From positions 32,001-96,000 of the forward strand of contig CBDESZ010000004.1 of NCBI GenBank assembly GCA_965242725.1: 64,000 nucleotides of DNA. Direction: 5' to 3'. The notes below the pieces were generated by a model. It was not told where the DNA came from. It did no database searches and saw nothing but the letters and a program-made list of their open reading frames with translations. This DNA comes from Alkalispirochaeta sp. (lineage in GTDB: Bacteria; Spirochaetota; Spirochaetia; DSM-27196; Alkalispirochaetaceae). Both the position numbers and the translations under genes were made by a program. Of this stretch, positions 51,933 to 63,078 are shown one piece after another. The number at the start of each line of letters is the position of its first letter. Positions within the stretch are counted from its first letter, which is position 1.

Positions 51933-52382
51933 ATGGGCATCAAACTGAGAGGCATGGCAATTATTCTGGCAATCAGCACTCTGGTACTTTTCGGATGTGA
52001 CTCGACCGGTGCCGGTGGGAGCGACGTGACGGGCGCGACATCCGGGACGATTTCAATCAACAGCGTAAGCCCGAGTTCCGGGCTTTCTGCGGGTGTTTCT
52101 ACGTCATTCGAAGTGATTATTCAGTACACGGCGGAAGGCGGGCAGGCGGAAATAATGATCGGCTTTAACAGCGGCAGTTCTCCAAACTACTATACAATAG
52201 AAGAGGAAATCATCGTTCAGGAAGGCAGCGGAAGTCACACCTTTAACGTGACTACGACGCCGAAGGATTGGAGTTCGGAAAGCGATACCTTCAAGGTGAA
52301 AGTGTACCTGTCGGAAGAACCCCATCCGGACTCCTGGTCACCGTTGGATACGGAAACCCAGGTTTTGACCCTGGCGAGCTGA
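51933..52382 (+). CDS. Hypothetical lipoprotein
   Basis: Lipobox-like LFGC, beta-rich body. Confidence 0.7.
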   Translation: MGIKLRGMAIILAISTLVLFGCDSTGAGGSDVTGATSGTISINSVSPSSGLSAGVSTSFEVIIQYTAEGGQAEIMIGFNSGSSPNYYTIEEEIIVQEGSGSHTFNVTTTPKDWSSESDTFKVKVYLSEEPHPDSWSPLDTETQVLTLAS

Positions 52383-52615
52383 AGTATCGTATGACCTAAG
52401 GATGCGGTCCGAAATGATCGCCTCCTTGTGCGCTATTACGGCTGTAGCGGGCGCGGATTCATACTGTAGAGATCACGCTAACCATCGATCCCGTGCAGCT
52501 CGGGTGGACTGGATGACATCGAATTCCCGCCGATCCGGTTTTGATCATTTCAGGTATGCGGAGTGCGCCCGGCGGAACCGTGAGGTTCAGAATAAAGAAA
52601 AAATAAGAACAGACG

Positions 52616-53005
52616 TCACACCTGTTGCTCCCGCAACGTGGAAATGCGGGCAAGACGAGGAAAATCCCTGTCGTGATGCAGGATGATGAGGTCGTGACGG
52701 ATCGCCGATGCCGCGATGAGGCAATCCACGGAAGATCGGATGGTAATTCCCTGACGGCGGGCAAGGCGATAGAGCTGAGCCGCTTCTTCAAAGAGGCTGA
52801 GTTCCATCGGTTTCTCTACAAATTGAGCGGCATCAAGGGCGCGTTTTACCGTTCTGTAGGCGCTCTCGTCGCGGATTCCCTGAAGTATTTCCTGATAGAC
52901 CGGAAGACACAGCACCCTGTCGTCGGGAGGACAAATGGTCCGCAGATCAAAGGAATCCGTCCGCGAGAAATGTCGTATCCACGCGGAGGTATCAACGAGA
53001 TACAT
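52616..53005 (-). CDS. VapC/PIN toxin
   Basis: MYLVDTSAWI, QEILQG, DCLIAA, HHDRDF. Confidence 0.88.
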   Translation of the reverse strand: MYLVDTSAWIRHFSRTDSFDLRTICPPDDRVLCLPVYQEILQGIRDESAYRTVKRALDAAQFVEKPMELSLFEEAAQLYRLARRQGITIRSSVDCLIAASAIRHDLIILHHDRDFPRLARISTLREQQV

Positions 53006-53207
53006 CGCGGTCAGCGTCCTCACGCATGTCCGATAGATCACCTTCCCAGACGTCGGTTCCAGCGAAGGAATCTATCTGTGCAAATGTATGACGACGAATG
53101 TACTCCTCCAGGGCGATATTCACCGTTTCCGAGTAGGTCCTGCTGCCTGATACGGTCTTGGCTTCGTCAAGCTTTTTCTCATCCAACACAAGATTTGTGC
53201 GTTTCAT
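52992..53207 (-). CDS. VapB antitoxin
   Basis: MKRTNLVLDE...VNIALEEY...WEGDL. Confidence 0.85.
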   Translation of the reverse strand: MKRTNLVLDEKKLDEAKTVSGSRTYSETVNIALEEYIRRHTFAQIDSFAGTDVWEGDLSDMREDADRDVSR

Positions 53208-53421
53208 GTGTATAGTATAGCGTCGGAGGCTTCCTCCGACCAGACCATTTACGACCACGAGGCGGATGAATGGATAAAGCAGCGAGTGCATTATTCCGCC
53301 GGAAGATATCGGTCGTTCAGTTCCGGTACCTGCCGCAGTTTTCATGGTACAATGGCGGCATTACACGGCGCCCGGCATGTGTTCGGGCCGATGCCCGATT
53401 CTGACTCACTTAGGAATACTG

Positions 53422-54690
53422 ATGTCGCAGCGTATTGCATTCATCTGCCCCGATCCGGAGCTCGGGAACAAACTCAAGAACACCGCGCTGGAAATGGGGA
53501 CCCCCGTTGAAGTGGTCATCGGGAACTCTTCGACCAGCGTACCCCTTGCGCGCAGGCTAATTGACAACGGCGTTGACGTTCTCGTCTCAAGGGGCGGTAC
53601 GGGAACGGTCATTAAAGAACAGTGCCCCGAGTTGCCCCTCGTGGAGGTGCGAGTAACGGCCGACGATTTTCTGAAGGCCCTCCGTGTTGCATTGAATAAT
53701 ACGGACCATATCGTTATCGCAGGGTTTCGGGAGTTTACATACGGTGTAGGTGTCGAGGATCTCGCGGCGATTCTCAGTATCCATATTGAGACCGTGACCC
53801 TTCCGGAAAACACGGAACGGGAAGTCGAGGAGGTGCGCAAGCGCCTGAGAGCGCTGCGCACTCGCGGATTCGACTGGATCGTTGGCGATGTGATTCTCTG
53901 CCGCATTGGTCAGGAAGAAGGGTACCGGTCATCACTCGTCAAGACGGGCAGCGCCGCATTTGCCCAGGCGATCATCGAAGCCCGCAACCTCGCCACCGTC
54001 AGAAGAACGGAAATGGAAAAAACGGAACGTCTCAAGACGATCATGGATTTTGCCTACGAAGGTATCATGAGTATCGACAACCAGGGAGTCGTTCTTGTAA
54101 TTAATCCAAGCGGTGAGAAAATTCTGGAAACGGAGGCATCCAAACTGGTGGGGAGAAAATTTTCCCACATGTTTCCGGAGTTTGACCTTGCGGCGGTGAC
54201 GGCCACCCGTGAAAGCAGCCTGGGAACGGTGATAAAAGTAGGGAGGAAACAGATCGTTGCAAATGTCATTCCCAATGTGATCGGAGACGATGTGAGCGGT
54301 GTGGTTATTACCTTCCAGGAAGTTGCGGGGATTCAGTCGATAGAACGAAAGATTCGCAGGACCCTTGCGGAGAAGGGACTCGTTGCGGAAAACACATTTG
54401 ACGGGATCATCGGCGAGAGCGCCGCGATTCAGGCCACGATTGCCGAAGCACGGGAATATGCATCAGTTTCTTCTCCCGTTCTGATCCACGGGGAAAGCGG
54501 CACCGGAAAGGAGCTCTTTGCCCAGGCGCTGCACAATGCCAGCGGTCGGAAAGACGGACCATTTGTCGCATTCAATTGTGCCGCCCTTCCCGCGCATTTG
54601 CTGGAAAGTGAGCTCTTTGGGTATGCCCCGGGGGCATTTACCGGCGCGAGCAAAACGGGGAAGGCCGGCCTGTTGCTGCCGCAACGTTGA
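53422..54690 (+). pseudogene. PrpR-like sigma54 activator, C-terminally truncated
   Basis: PrpR_N (VSRGGT), [23 protein letters not shown]; ends before Walker B and HTH. Confidence 0.85.
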
Positions 54691-54845
54691 AATGCGGGCA
54701 AGGCGAGGGAAATTCCGGTCGTGACGCAGGAATAAGATCGTATAGACCGGACGACAGATTACTCTGTCGTCAGGAGAACAAATGGCCCACCTGTCCGGGA
54801 GATTACCCTTCCAGACGCCGGTACCTGCAGGAATTCCGGTTCCGC
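54670..54845 (-). pseudogene. Collapsed vapBC remnant
   Basis: Pieces homologous to 52616-53070 ([32 protein letters not shown]). Confidence 0.65.
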
Positions 54846-54889
54846 CTACCCGTTGACACCGAAACCATCCAGACGTAACGTGCACCATC

Positions 54890-55897
54890 ATGCAACATTT
54901 TCTTGGTGTCGATATCGGTGCGACTACCGTCAAGCTGGGGTTGATTGACGAGTCGGGAGCGATCATTGGATCTCGTCGCGACTACGATTCTCAGGCGCGA
55001 AGCGGACCGGATGCGACGATGAACGTCATCGCTGACGCGGCGCCGCAGCTATTGCGCGACAACGGTATCGATCCACGGTCCCTCGTTGCAGTCGGCGCGT
55101 GTAGTCCTACGCCGGTGAGCGCCGAGGGGCTGTGCATTTTTCCCACCAACATCGATTCGTCGTGGGAAGGGGTGAATGTCAAGGAGAAGCTTGCGCTGCG
55201 GCTGGGCGTTCCTGCCTTTCTTCTCAACGACGGAGACGCGGCGGCATACCGGGAGTACGCGGTACGCGTCGCCGGGGGTGATGCATCGCGCTGCATGGCG
55301 CAGTTTATCACCGGTACCGGGCTGGGTGGTTCGCTTATCATTGATGGCGAGGTGTTTGCCGGCCCGATTATGGGCAATGAACTGGGTCACGTGGTGACCG
55401 ACACATCCGACACCGCCGACCGTTGCGGCTGCGGCGCCATGGGATGCGCCGAGACGAGGGCCAGTCTTACCGGTCTGGCAAACCTCGTTCGTCGCTATCA
55501 GGAACGTCAGACGCCTATTGCGGAACTTGAGGGCAATCCCGACACGGTGGCGCGGGCATTACGGCGCCTCGTACAGGATCCGAACCCCTTGCCGGAGGTT
55601 CAGGCTATTTGGCGTGAGTACTTCGTCCATATCGGTCGTGCCGCCAGAAGTGTCGCCAATGTCGTCGGTTGTGATCTCATTGTCATTTCCGGCGGCGCCC
55701 AGGAGCGCGAAAAGGGCGCCGATGCGAGTTCGTGGCGGCGCTTTCTCGATACGGGATTATCCATCGTTACCGACGAACTCCGTCAGTCATTTCCCCACCT
55801 ATCCCGCGTGCGCGTGGAATGGGCGACTGACGAGGTGCCCGATAGCGCCGCCTACGGGGCCGCGGCCTACGCCGCCCATGCGGTCACCGTGAGGTGA
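54890..55897 (+). CDS. ROK family sugar kinase
   Basis: GVDIGAT, NDGDAA, GTGLGG, ELGH, CGCGAMGCAE. Confidence 0.88.
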   Translation: MQHFLGVDIGATTVKLGLIDESGAIIGSRRDYDSQARSGPDATMNVIADAAPQLLRDNGIDPRSLVAVGACSPTPVSAEGLCIFPTNIDSSWEGVNVKEKLALRLGVPAFLLNDGDAAAYREYAVRVAGGDASRCMAQFITGTGLGGSLIIDGEVFAGPIMGNELGHVVTDTSDTADRCGCGAMGCAETRASLTGLANLVRRYQERQTPIAELEGNPDTVARALRRLVQDPNPLPEVQAIWREYFVHIGRAARSVANVVGCDLIVISGGAQEREKGADASSWRRFLDTGLSIVTDELRQSFPHLSRVRVEWATDEVPDSAAYGAAAYAAHAVTVR

Positions 55898-56054
55898 CGA
55901 ATACCGTCCGACGGAGTCGTGGCGCCGTCGACGAAACGGGGAAGCCCGTTCTCGTTGAAAAACCGATGGCGCCCCAACGCGGTTTCACAAAGATTGAGAA
56001 TTATGAAATGGAAACCGCAGGCCGAATCACGCGACTGCAGTCCGGCTTGCCCCG

Positions 56055-58134
56055 TTACAGCGTATACCGTCCCACGGCGTCGGCGAGTCTGTCGGCGGAG
56101 GTCTTGATCCGGCCCGCCAGCTCCGCCGTCTCCTTCATGGCAGCGATAATCTCGCCGTTGCTTTCGGTTATTTCGGTGATGCCGCCGGTTACCTGTTCTA
56201 CGGCGTTGCTGGTGCTGTTGAACTGATCGGAAAGCGCTTTGACCGCCGTTCTGAACGTCCCCGCAGTTTCCTTGATGGATATCGCCGTATCCCTGAGCTC
56301 CTCCATGGCGGTCAGGACCTCCCGGCTGCCGATTGTCAGCTCCCGGGTGGTGCCGCCGATTTCGTCAAAGGCCGACTGGACGTCGGAGACCTCACCGACA
56401 AATCTGCCGAATGTTTCCGCGTTGGCTGCGCTCATGTGTCCCACCGCCTGCACCCGTTCCGTGATATCCGAGAGAATCTGATTGATGCGGAGGGAGTTTC
56501 CCGCGGAGTTCTCGCTGAGTTTGCGGATCTCCTCGGCAACGACGGCAAATCCACGGCCCGCCTCACCGGCGTGGGCCGCTTCTATGGCGGCGTTCATGGA
56601 GAGCAGGTCGGTCTGGCTGGTAATCGCCCTGATGGCGTCCATGATATCCGAGACCTGTCCCGTCAGTGCAACAACTTCCTGTATACGAACATTCACCGCC
56701 GCCGCCGACTCTTCGCCCTTGACGGCGTTTTCCCTGAATTGACCGGTCCGCTCCAGTTTTGCCTCAATCGATTTTTCTATCGATCCGAGCCCGGCAAACA
56801 TCTCTTCAACGCTTGCCGTGACCTCCTCGGTGGCACCGGACTGGGCCACCAGCTGCCGGTCCAGATCATCTATGCCCGCGGCAATCTGTTCCACCTCCGT
56901 CGTTGCCTGCCGGACTTCCTCGTTCATCAACTGCATGTGTCTGCCAACCTCGGCGGTATGACCGGAAATACCCGATGTGGTTGCCCGCGTCTCCTCCACC
57001 GTCGCTTCCAGGCTTTCGGCGACCTCGGAGTTGCCTCCGGCAATTTCCTTGAGGCGGGCGATTTCCGTGCGCTGGGCATCGGCAATGATCCGTACCGAGT
57101 CGAGCACCGATCCGGCGTGGCGCACCGGCGGCCAGGAGACGCTGAGGTCCCCTTCCGAGAGGGACTGGGAGAGCTCTTTCAGCGCTTCCGGGTCGATTCC
57201 GAGGACGCGGAGAATACTCCGTCCCAGGATGACCGCCACCGCCAGGGAAACGATGACGGCGACGATACTCACAATCAGTACGCTCCGCGCGGTAAAGGTG
57301 ATGACGAGTTGGAGGCTTTCACCGAGGCGATCCATAAGGGATGCCGATCGTGCCCGGGCCGCCGCGGCGAGGCCGACTATCTGCGTGCTCATGGGCCGGA
57401 CGGTCTCGGCAACGATCGTATTTCGCTCGGTTCCCAGGCGGGAAAGTTCTTCCATGGCGGTACGTACGGCCTGTACATCCCCGTCCAGGTTGAGAACTTG
57501 CGCGTCCAGCGCTTCAAGAGCGTCCAGAGACGCCATGACCCGGGCGTACTCCTCAGCCTCCCCGACTCTGAGATAGCGTTCAATGTGGGATCGGGGCGGT
57601 CATCAGCGTCTGCAGTGCCCGGATTGTCTCAAGTGTCGCAGCGGAATCGCCCGTCGCGACCGCCGACTGCACCAGATTTTCAAGTTCCGATTCAAGTGCC
57701 TGGATTTGCGGTTCCAGGCCGTTTCGGAGAAGGGACTCCCGACTCGTCTGCGTCTCCACCACCGCGGTAAAACTTCCGTCCAGGTCATTTAGAAGGTCAC
57801 CGATCTGAACGAGACTGCGGTGGAACTCCTCCCCCGCGCGTTCCTGCGCCTGTTCCCTCGCGGCCTCGGCATCGGCGAGGAAGCGCTGGTATTCCTGGAC
57901 ATCCGAGGACTTGCTGGTGGTCAGAAACTCATCGATGTTGAGACGAACATTGAGCACCGTCGTCTGGAGATCGGCAATGGCGTTTGCGGCGCCGCTGGTC
58001 CGCTGATAGGCGGCAAAGAGCCCCCCGGCGCGGCGAACGGCGATCGTAGAGATAACCGATGCGAGAGCAAAAAATACGATAATGACAGAAAATCCGACGG
58101 TCATGTTCCGACGGAGCGTTTTCCTGCGACCCAT
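56055..58134 (-). CDS. Methyl-accepting chemotaxis protein (frameshift near 57585)
   Basis: N-terminal TM from MGRRKTLRR; QTDLLSMNAAIEAAHAGEAGRGFAVVAEEIRKL in a second frame. Confidence 0.85.
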
Positions 58135-58284
58135 GGGTGTTTCTCCTTTGATTTCCGCAAGAATAACCGGAAGGAGCGACGAGCACAACAAAAAAATGGA
58201 GAAATTATGTTTCCGGCACGTTCCGATATGTGCTGACGGTGATTTTCGGACTATACTCATACGTGACTCACGAAAGGATTCCGT

Positions 58285-59076
58285 CTGAATAACGCGCATA
58301 CCTATCAAACAATTCCCTTCCCCTCTTCCCGGCTGGGGACCATCGATCTGGGAAAGATCGCCCGCGGCAAACATCACGTCGCGGGGCTTCTGGAGGTGGA
58401 TGTTACCGCGGTGCTGCACCGTCTCAACGACGGCAGCTACACCCCCCGGGGCACCTCGTTTTTTGCGTGGATGGTCAAGACGATCAGCGATGCCATCGCC
58501 GCCGATCCGGAAATGCACGCCCTTCTGGGGCGGGGCAGGCGTCTTGTCGTTTTTGACGACATCGACATTTCCGTCATCGTTGAAAAAAAGGTTGAAGGAC
58601 GACGCGTCCCGCTGCCCCTTGTGATACGAAGTACCGGAGAGAAGTCCGCCGGTGAGATCCACGAAGAGATCCGCGCCGCCCAGCGGCGTTCCGTTGCCGA
58701 TGAAGGAGACTATGTCCTCTCCCCGGGTGCTCCACCCGCACGGATGATGCGGCTCTTTTACACCCTGCCTGAGGCTTTGCGGGTATTTCTGATGAGCAGG
58801 ATGCTCCGGCGCCCCCGGGTCGTCAAAAAGGCGATGGGTACCGTTGTGATAACATCCGTGGGATCGGCCGGGAGAGTTCCGGGCTGGGTCATCCCCAAAT
58901 CGATGCACAATCTCTGCTTCGCCCTCGGTTCGGTCATCGAGAAACCCTGGGTGGTGGACGGGGAGGTAGGGGTACGCAAGATTCTCCACATGACCGTGCT
59001 CTTTGACCACGATGTGGTGGACGGCGCTCCTGCGGCGCGTTTTATCGCGGCCCTGGTGAAGCGGATCGAGGGATAA
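58285..59076 (+). CDS. Stand-alone 2-oxoacid dehydrogenase E2-like acyltransferase catalytic domain
   Basis: EVDVT, GTVVITSVG, FDHDVVDGAPAARF. Start uncertain. Confidence 0.8.
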   Translation: MNNAHTYQTIPFPSSRLGTIDLGKIARGKHHVAGLLEVDVTAVLHRLNDGSYTPRGTSFFAWMVKTISDAIAADPEMHALLGRGRRLVVFDDIDISVIVEKKVEGRRVPLPLVIRSTGEKSAGEIHEEIRAAQRRSVADEGDYVLSPGAPPARMMRLFYTLPEALRVFLMSRMLRRPRVVKKAMGTVVITSVGSAGRVPGWVIPKSMHNLCFALGSVIEKPWVVDGEVGVRKILHMTVLFDHDVVDGAPAARFIAALVKRIEG

Positions 59077-59142
59077 CGCCCGCTACCGGCCGGAGGCGAC
59101 GCGGGCGGAGGGTGGTCGGGACGGGCGCATTGGCGACTACAC

Positions 59143-59913
59143 CTACCTCAAGAACACCATTACCCCGGCGGCCAGGAGAATGATCAGAATCGCCATTCGC
59201 AGTACCTGCCGGGGGACGCGATTGACGAAGCGGGCACCGATGGTTGAGCCGACAAAGACGCCGGGGATCAGCCCCAGGAGGATCGTCCCGTCCACGTTGC
59301 CGCTCTGGAGGTGGGCGATGGATGAAAAGATAAGGGATACCGTCGATACCAGCGTCGTGCTTCCCACGGCGTACGGAGCGGGCAGCTTCAAGAGAAGGAG
59401 AAACGAGATCACGATGATCGATCCGGAGATGCTGGTGGCACCCATAAGCGATCCCAGCACCAGGCCAAGGAAGGGCGCGGCCACCAGATGTGCCGTGGTG
59501 ACGTGGAGCTCCCGGGGACGGGGGCGCATGATGACGAAACGGTAAAAAAGGAGAACCACCGAAAGAACGATCATGATACCCACCACCGTCTTCAGGGGGA
59601 TCACCTCGTTGATCACCCGGGCAAATCGGGCGGCGGTGTACGACGCGGGCACGGCGGTCACGAGAAAAAGGAGGGCGATGGATACCTGGATGTTCCGTTC
59701 CCGCCAGTGTGCCGCCGCGCCGGCACCCATCATCACCACCGCGGCGACGGACATCGTCCCTACGGCCACCACCGGGTCAAGTCCGAAGAGGATGATAAGA
59801 CCGGGGGTTCCCAGGAGTCCCGTTCCGACGGCGGTAAAACCGACGACCAGACCGACGGCGATACCCCACAGGGCGTAGAGCAGTATGATGTTCAGGCTCA
59901 GAGTCTCAACCAT
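59143..59913 (-). CDS. TauE/SafE family permease
   Basis: GFTAVGTG..P, AVGT, GSTIGA; multi-TM. Confidence 0.8.
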   Translation of the reverse strand: MVETLSLNIILLYALWGIAVGLVVGFTAVGTGLLGTPGLIILFGLDPVVAVGTMSVAAVVMMGAGAAAHWRERNIQVSIALLFLVTAVPASYTAARFARVINEVIPLKTVVGIMIVLSVVLLFYRFVIMRPRPRELHVTTAHLVAAPFLGLVLGSLMGATSISGSIIVISFLLLLKLPAPYAVGSTTLVSTVSLIFSSIAHLQSGNVDGTILLGLIPGVFVGSTIGARFVNRVPRQVLRMAILIILLAAGVMVFLR

Positions 59914-59988
59914 GTGTTCTCCTCTCGGGTCCGTATGGTACCCAATCCGCCGCTATACTGGGTACCCCGGGGAAGTGTAGGATGGCCC

Positions 59989-61095
59989 ATGCGGCCCTTT
60001 TCCCTGCTTGTGAAACCCATATCCGCGGACTGCAATATCGCCTGCGACTACTGTTTCTATCTTGAAAAGAAGGAGCTCTACCCCGGCGTCGCACGCCATT
60101 AAATGGCGACTGACGTTCTGGAAACGATGATTCGGCGATACCTCGCAACGCCGCAGCCGGAATGGGCCTTCGCCTGGCAGGGCGGCGAACCGACTCTCAT
60201 GGGAGCCGGTTTCTTTGAGAAGATCCTGAAGCTGCAGACGCGTTACGCGCCGCGGGGTGCGCGCATATCCAACGCCCTGCAGACAAACGGAACGCTGTTG
60301 GACGATCATTTTGCCCGCGTCCTGCGGGACGGCTCATTTCTGGTGGGAATCAGTATCGACGGACCCGCCGAGCTTCACGATGTTCACCGTCGTACGGTGA
60401 GCGGTCGCGGTACTCATCGTGACGTCATGCGCGGCCTGGAGGCGCTCCGCCGGAACGGCGTGGAATACAATGTCCTCACCCTCGTTTCCCGGGCAAATGT
60501 GGACCATCCCCGGGAGGTATATCGCTACCTTCGGGAGCTGGGGGTCACCTTTCACCAGTACATTCCCTGTGTGGAGTTTGAACCCGACGGGTCGCTCCGG
60601 CCCTACAGCATCACCGGCGAGGAGTGGGGCGACTTTCTCAATGGGATCTTTGACGAGTGGCACAGGGACGACACCCGTACCGTCTCGGTACGCAATTTTG
60701 ACGCCGTCCTCTCGTTGATTGTGCGCGATGTCTCCGTCATGTGTACGACCGGAACGCATTGCCGTCAGTATTTCGTCGTCGAGTATAACGGAGACGTCTA
60801 TCCCTGCGACTTCTTTGTCCAGCCGGAAAAACGTCTGGGAAATGTCGTGACCGACCATTTTGAACGGATGTGGCGGTCACCGGTCTATCGCGCCTTTGGC
60901 CGGGACAAGAAAGGGTGGAACGAAGAATGTGCCCGGTGTGAATATCTCCGCTACTGCGCCGGCGACTGTCCAAAAATGCGTTACGTCCAGGGTGAAGATC
61001 CGTCACAGCTGAGCGTTCTGTGCGAGGGGTGGAAGTCCTTTTACTCCCATACCCTTCCCGCGTTCCGGGACCTTGCGGAGACGATACCACGATGA
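59989..61095 (+). pseudogene. Anaerobic sulfatase maturase (radical SAM/SPASM), in-frame TAA at 60100-60102
   Basis: KPISADCNIACDYCFY, WQGGEP, QTNG, GDVYPCD, CARCEYLRYCAGDCPK. Confidence 0.85.
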
Positions 61096-61982
61096 GTGAC
61101 GCCGCCCGGATGATCCGCAACCGCCTGATCCCGCTGCCCGGCGGCGTCTTTACCATGGGTACCGACGACGATGAGGGGTTTCCCGATGACGGCGAGGGGC
61201 CGGCGCGGAGCGTCACCGTATCGCCGGTGGCGGTGGATCCCTTCACCGTATCCAATGACGACTTTGCCGCCTTTGTTGCGGAAACGGGATATGGCACCGA
61301 AGCGGAGCGCTACGGGTGGAGCTTTGTCTTTCACCTCTTTGTGACCAGAACCGCCCGTAAACGGGGAGAGGTGCGCAGCGTTCCCGGCCTTGAGTGGTGG
61401 CTCGGCGTTGAGAGGGCGTGCTGGAAGCGGCCGGAGGGCCGGGGATCCAATCTCAAGGGACGGGGCGACCACCCCGTCGTACACGTGAGCTACGGCGACG
61501 CCCTTGCGTTCTGCCGCTGGGCGGGGGTGCGCCTTCTCACCGAGGCGGAGTGGGAATACGCCGCCCGGGGAGGCCTGGATCAGCGACGGTACGCCTGGGG
61601 CGACGATCTCACACCCGACGGCCGGCATATGGCAAATATCTGGCAGGGCGTCTTCCCCTCCCGGAACACCGCGGATGACGGGTATGCGGGAACGGCTCCG
61701 GTAGACAGCTTCACTCCCAACGGCTTTGGTCTGTACAACGTGGCGGGAAACGTCTGGGAGTGGTGCGCCGACTGGTTCTCCCCGGAATGGCACATTCCCG
61801 AGACGCCCGCAACGAGAGTGAATCCCGTCGGTCCGGACCACGGCACCCGCCGGGTAAATCGCGGCGGCAGTTATCTCTGCCACCACAGCTACTGCAACCG
61901 CTACCGGGTCGCGGCGCGCAGCTCAAACACCCCCGACTCCAGCACGGGTAATCTCGGCTTTCGCGTCGGAATGAGGAAATAA
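61092..61982 (+). CDS. Formylglycine-generating enzyme
   Basis: HPVVHVS, TEAEWEYAARGG, GNVWEW, RGGSYLCHHSYCNRYRVAAR, GFR. Confidence 0.9.
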   Translation: MSDAARMIRNRLIPLPGGVFTMGTDDDEGFPDDGEGPARSVTVSPVAVDPFTVSNDDFAAFVAETGYGTEAERYGWSFVFHLFVTRTARKRGEVRSVPGLEWWLGVERACWKRPEGRGSNLKGRGDHPVVHVSYGDALAFCRWAGVRLLTEAEWEYAARGGLDQRRYAWGDDLTPDGRHMANIWQGVFPSRNTADDGYAGTAPVDSFTPNGFGLYNVAGNVWEWCADWFSPEWHIPETPATRVNPVGPDHGTRRVNRGGSYLCHHSYCNRYRVAARSSNTPDSSTGNLGFRVGMRK

Positions 61983-61988
61983 CGGATC

Positions 61989-62954
61989 ATGGAAAAACTG
62001 GTGTACATCCTGGGCGCGAGCATCGGCAGTATCATCGCGGGCTATCTCTTTCGCCGGCTCTTCATGGGGCGGGGCGGGGTGACGGAAGCGGGGCTGCTTG
62101 AGGCGTCACGCTACATGAAGCTCTCATCCTTTTTCTTTTTTCAGCCGCTGGCGTACATCGCAACCTTCTGGACGATGAACGTCGCCGAAGTTCCGCTGTT
62201 GAGTTTTCCCCTCCTCGGACTCACGTCGGTCTTCATATCAGGGGGTGTTTCTCTCCTGATTATCCGGGCACTCAGGATGCCTGCCTATAAGGGCGCATCC
62301 GTATTCACCGCCGGCATGTTCACCAATGTCCTTACCATAGGCGGACTGGTGGGCTACGGCTTCTTTGGAGAATACGGATTTCTCCTGGCCCAGCTCTTTA
62401 CCATGTTTGTCGCCGCCAGCTATTACCTCTTTGGTTATCCTGTCTCCTACAACATCGCCCGGGAGATCACGCCGGTCCTGCGGGTCAATACGCGGCTCTT
62501 CCGGGAGAATCCCTTTCTCTTCTTTCCCATAGGTGCCATGGCCATTGGTCTCATGCTGAACGCCACGGGACTTGCCCGGCCGCTCTTCATGGAGTCGGTG
62601 GTGGCCGTCGTCGTTCCGCTCGTGGCGGTGCTCCTCGGAATGGCGATCGGCTTTTCCCTCAGGTTTTCCCGCATTGCCGCCTACCGGCGGGAGATCGGGA
62701 TTGTCATTGTGATCAAGTTTCTGCTTCTCCCGGCGCTGATGATTCCTCTTGGCCTTCTCGCCGGGCTGCCCGCCGTCGGTGACGGGACGCCGTTCCGTAT
62801 GCTCATCGTCCTTTCCATGATGCCCGTTGCCTTCAATGCGCTGGTTCCCCCGGCGATATTCGGATTCGATCTCGATCTGGCAAATTCGGCATGGATCGTG
62901 ACGACGGCGGGACTGGTGGTGATCGTACCGGTGCTGTATGTGGTGCTGTTGTAG
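61989..62954 (+). CDS. AEC-family membrane transporter
   Basis: ~10 TM, KFLLLP, MPVAF. Confidence 0.65.
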   Translation: MEKLVYILGASIGSIIAGYLFRRLFMGRGGVTEAGLLEASRYMKLSSFFFFQPLAYIATFWTMNVAEVPLLSFPLLGLTSVFISGGVSLLIIRALRMPAYKGASVFTAGMFTNVLTIGGLVGYGFFGEYGFLLAQLFTMFVAASYYLFGYPVSYNIAREITPVLRVNTRLFRENPFLFFPIGAMAIGLMLNATGLARPLFMESVVAVVVPLVAVLLGMAIGFSLRFSRIAAYRREIGIVIVIKFLLLPALMIPLGLLAGLPAVGDGTPFRMLIVLSMMPVAFNALVPPAIFGFDLDLANSAWIVTTAGLVVIVPVLYVVLL

Positions 62955-63078
62955 GGGACGCGCTATGGTAGTGATCCGGAGGTGATGCATCATTCGTACA
63001 GCTGTCAACGCACCCGACGGCACAAAATGGAGATGGGCGGGGGCGCTCCTGCTGGGAACGGTCCTGTGGTTTGCCGCT

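Noticed and set aside
57580..59010. 476-aa minus ORF as one protein
   Set aside because: Its first half is antisense to the acyltransferase gene; only 58134 onward is the MCP N-terminus.
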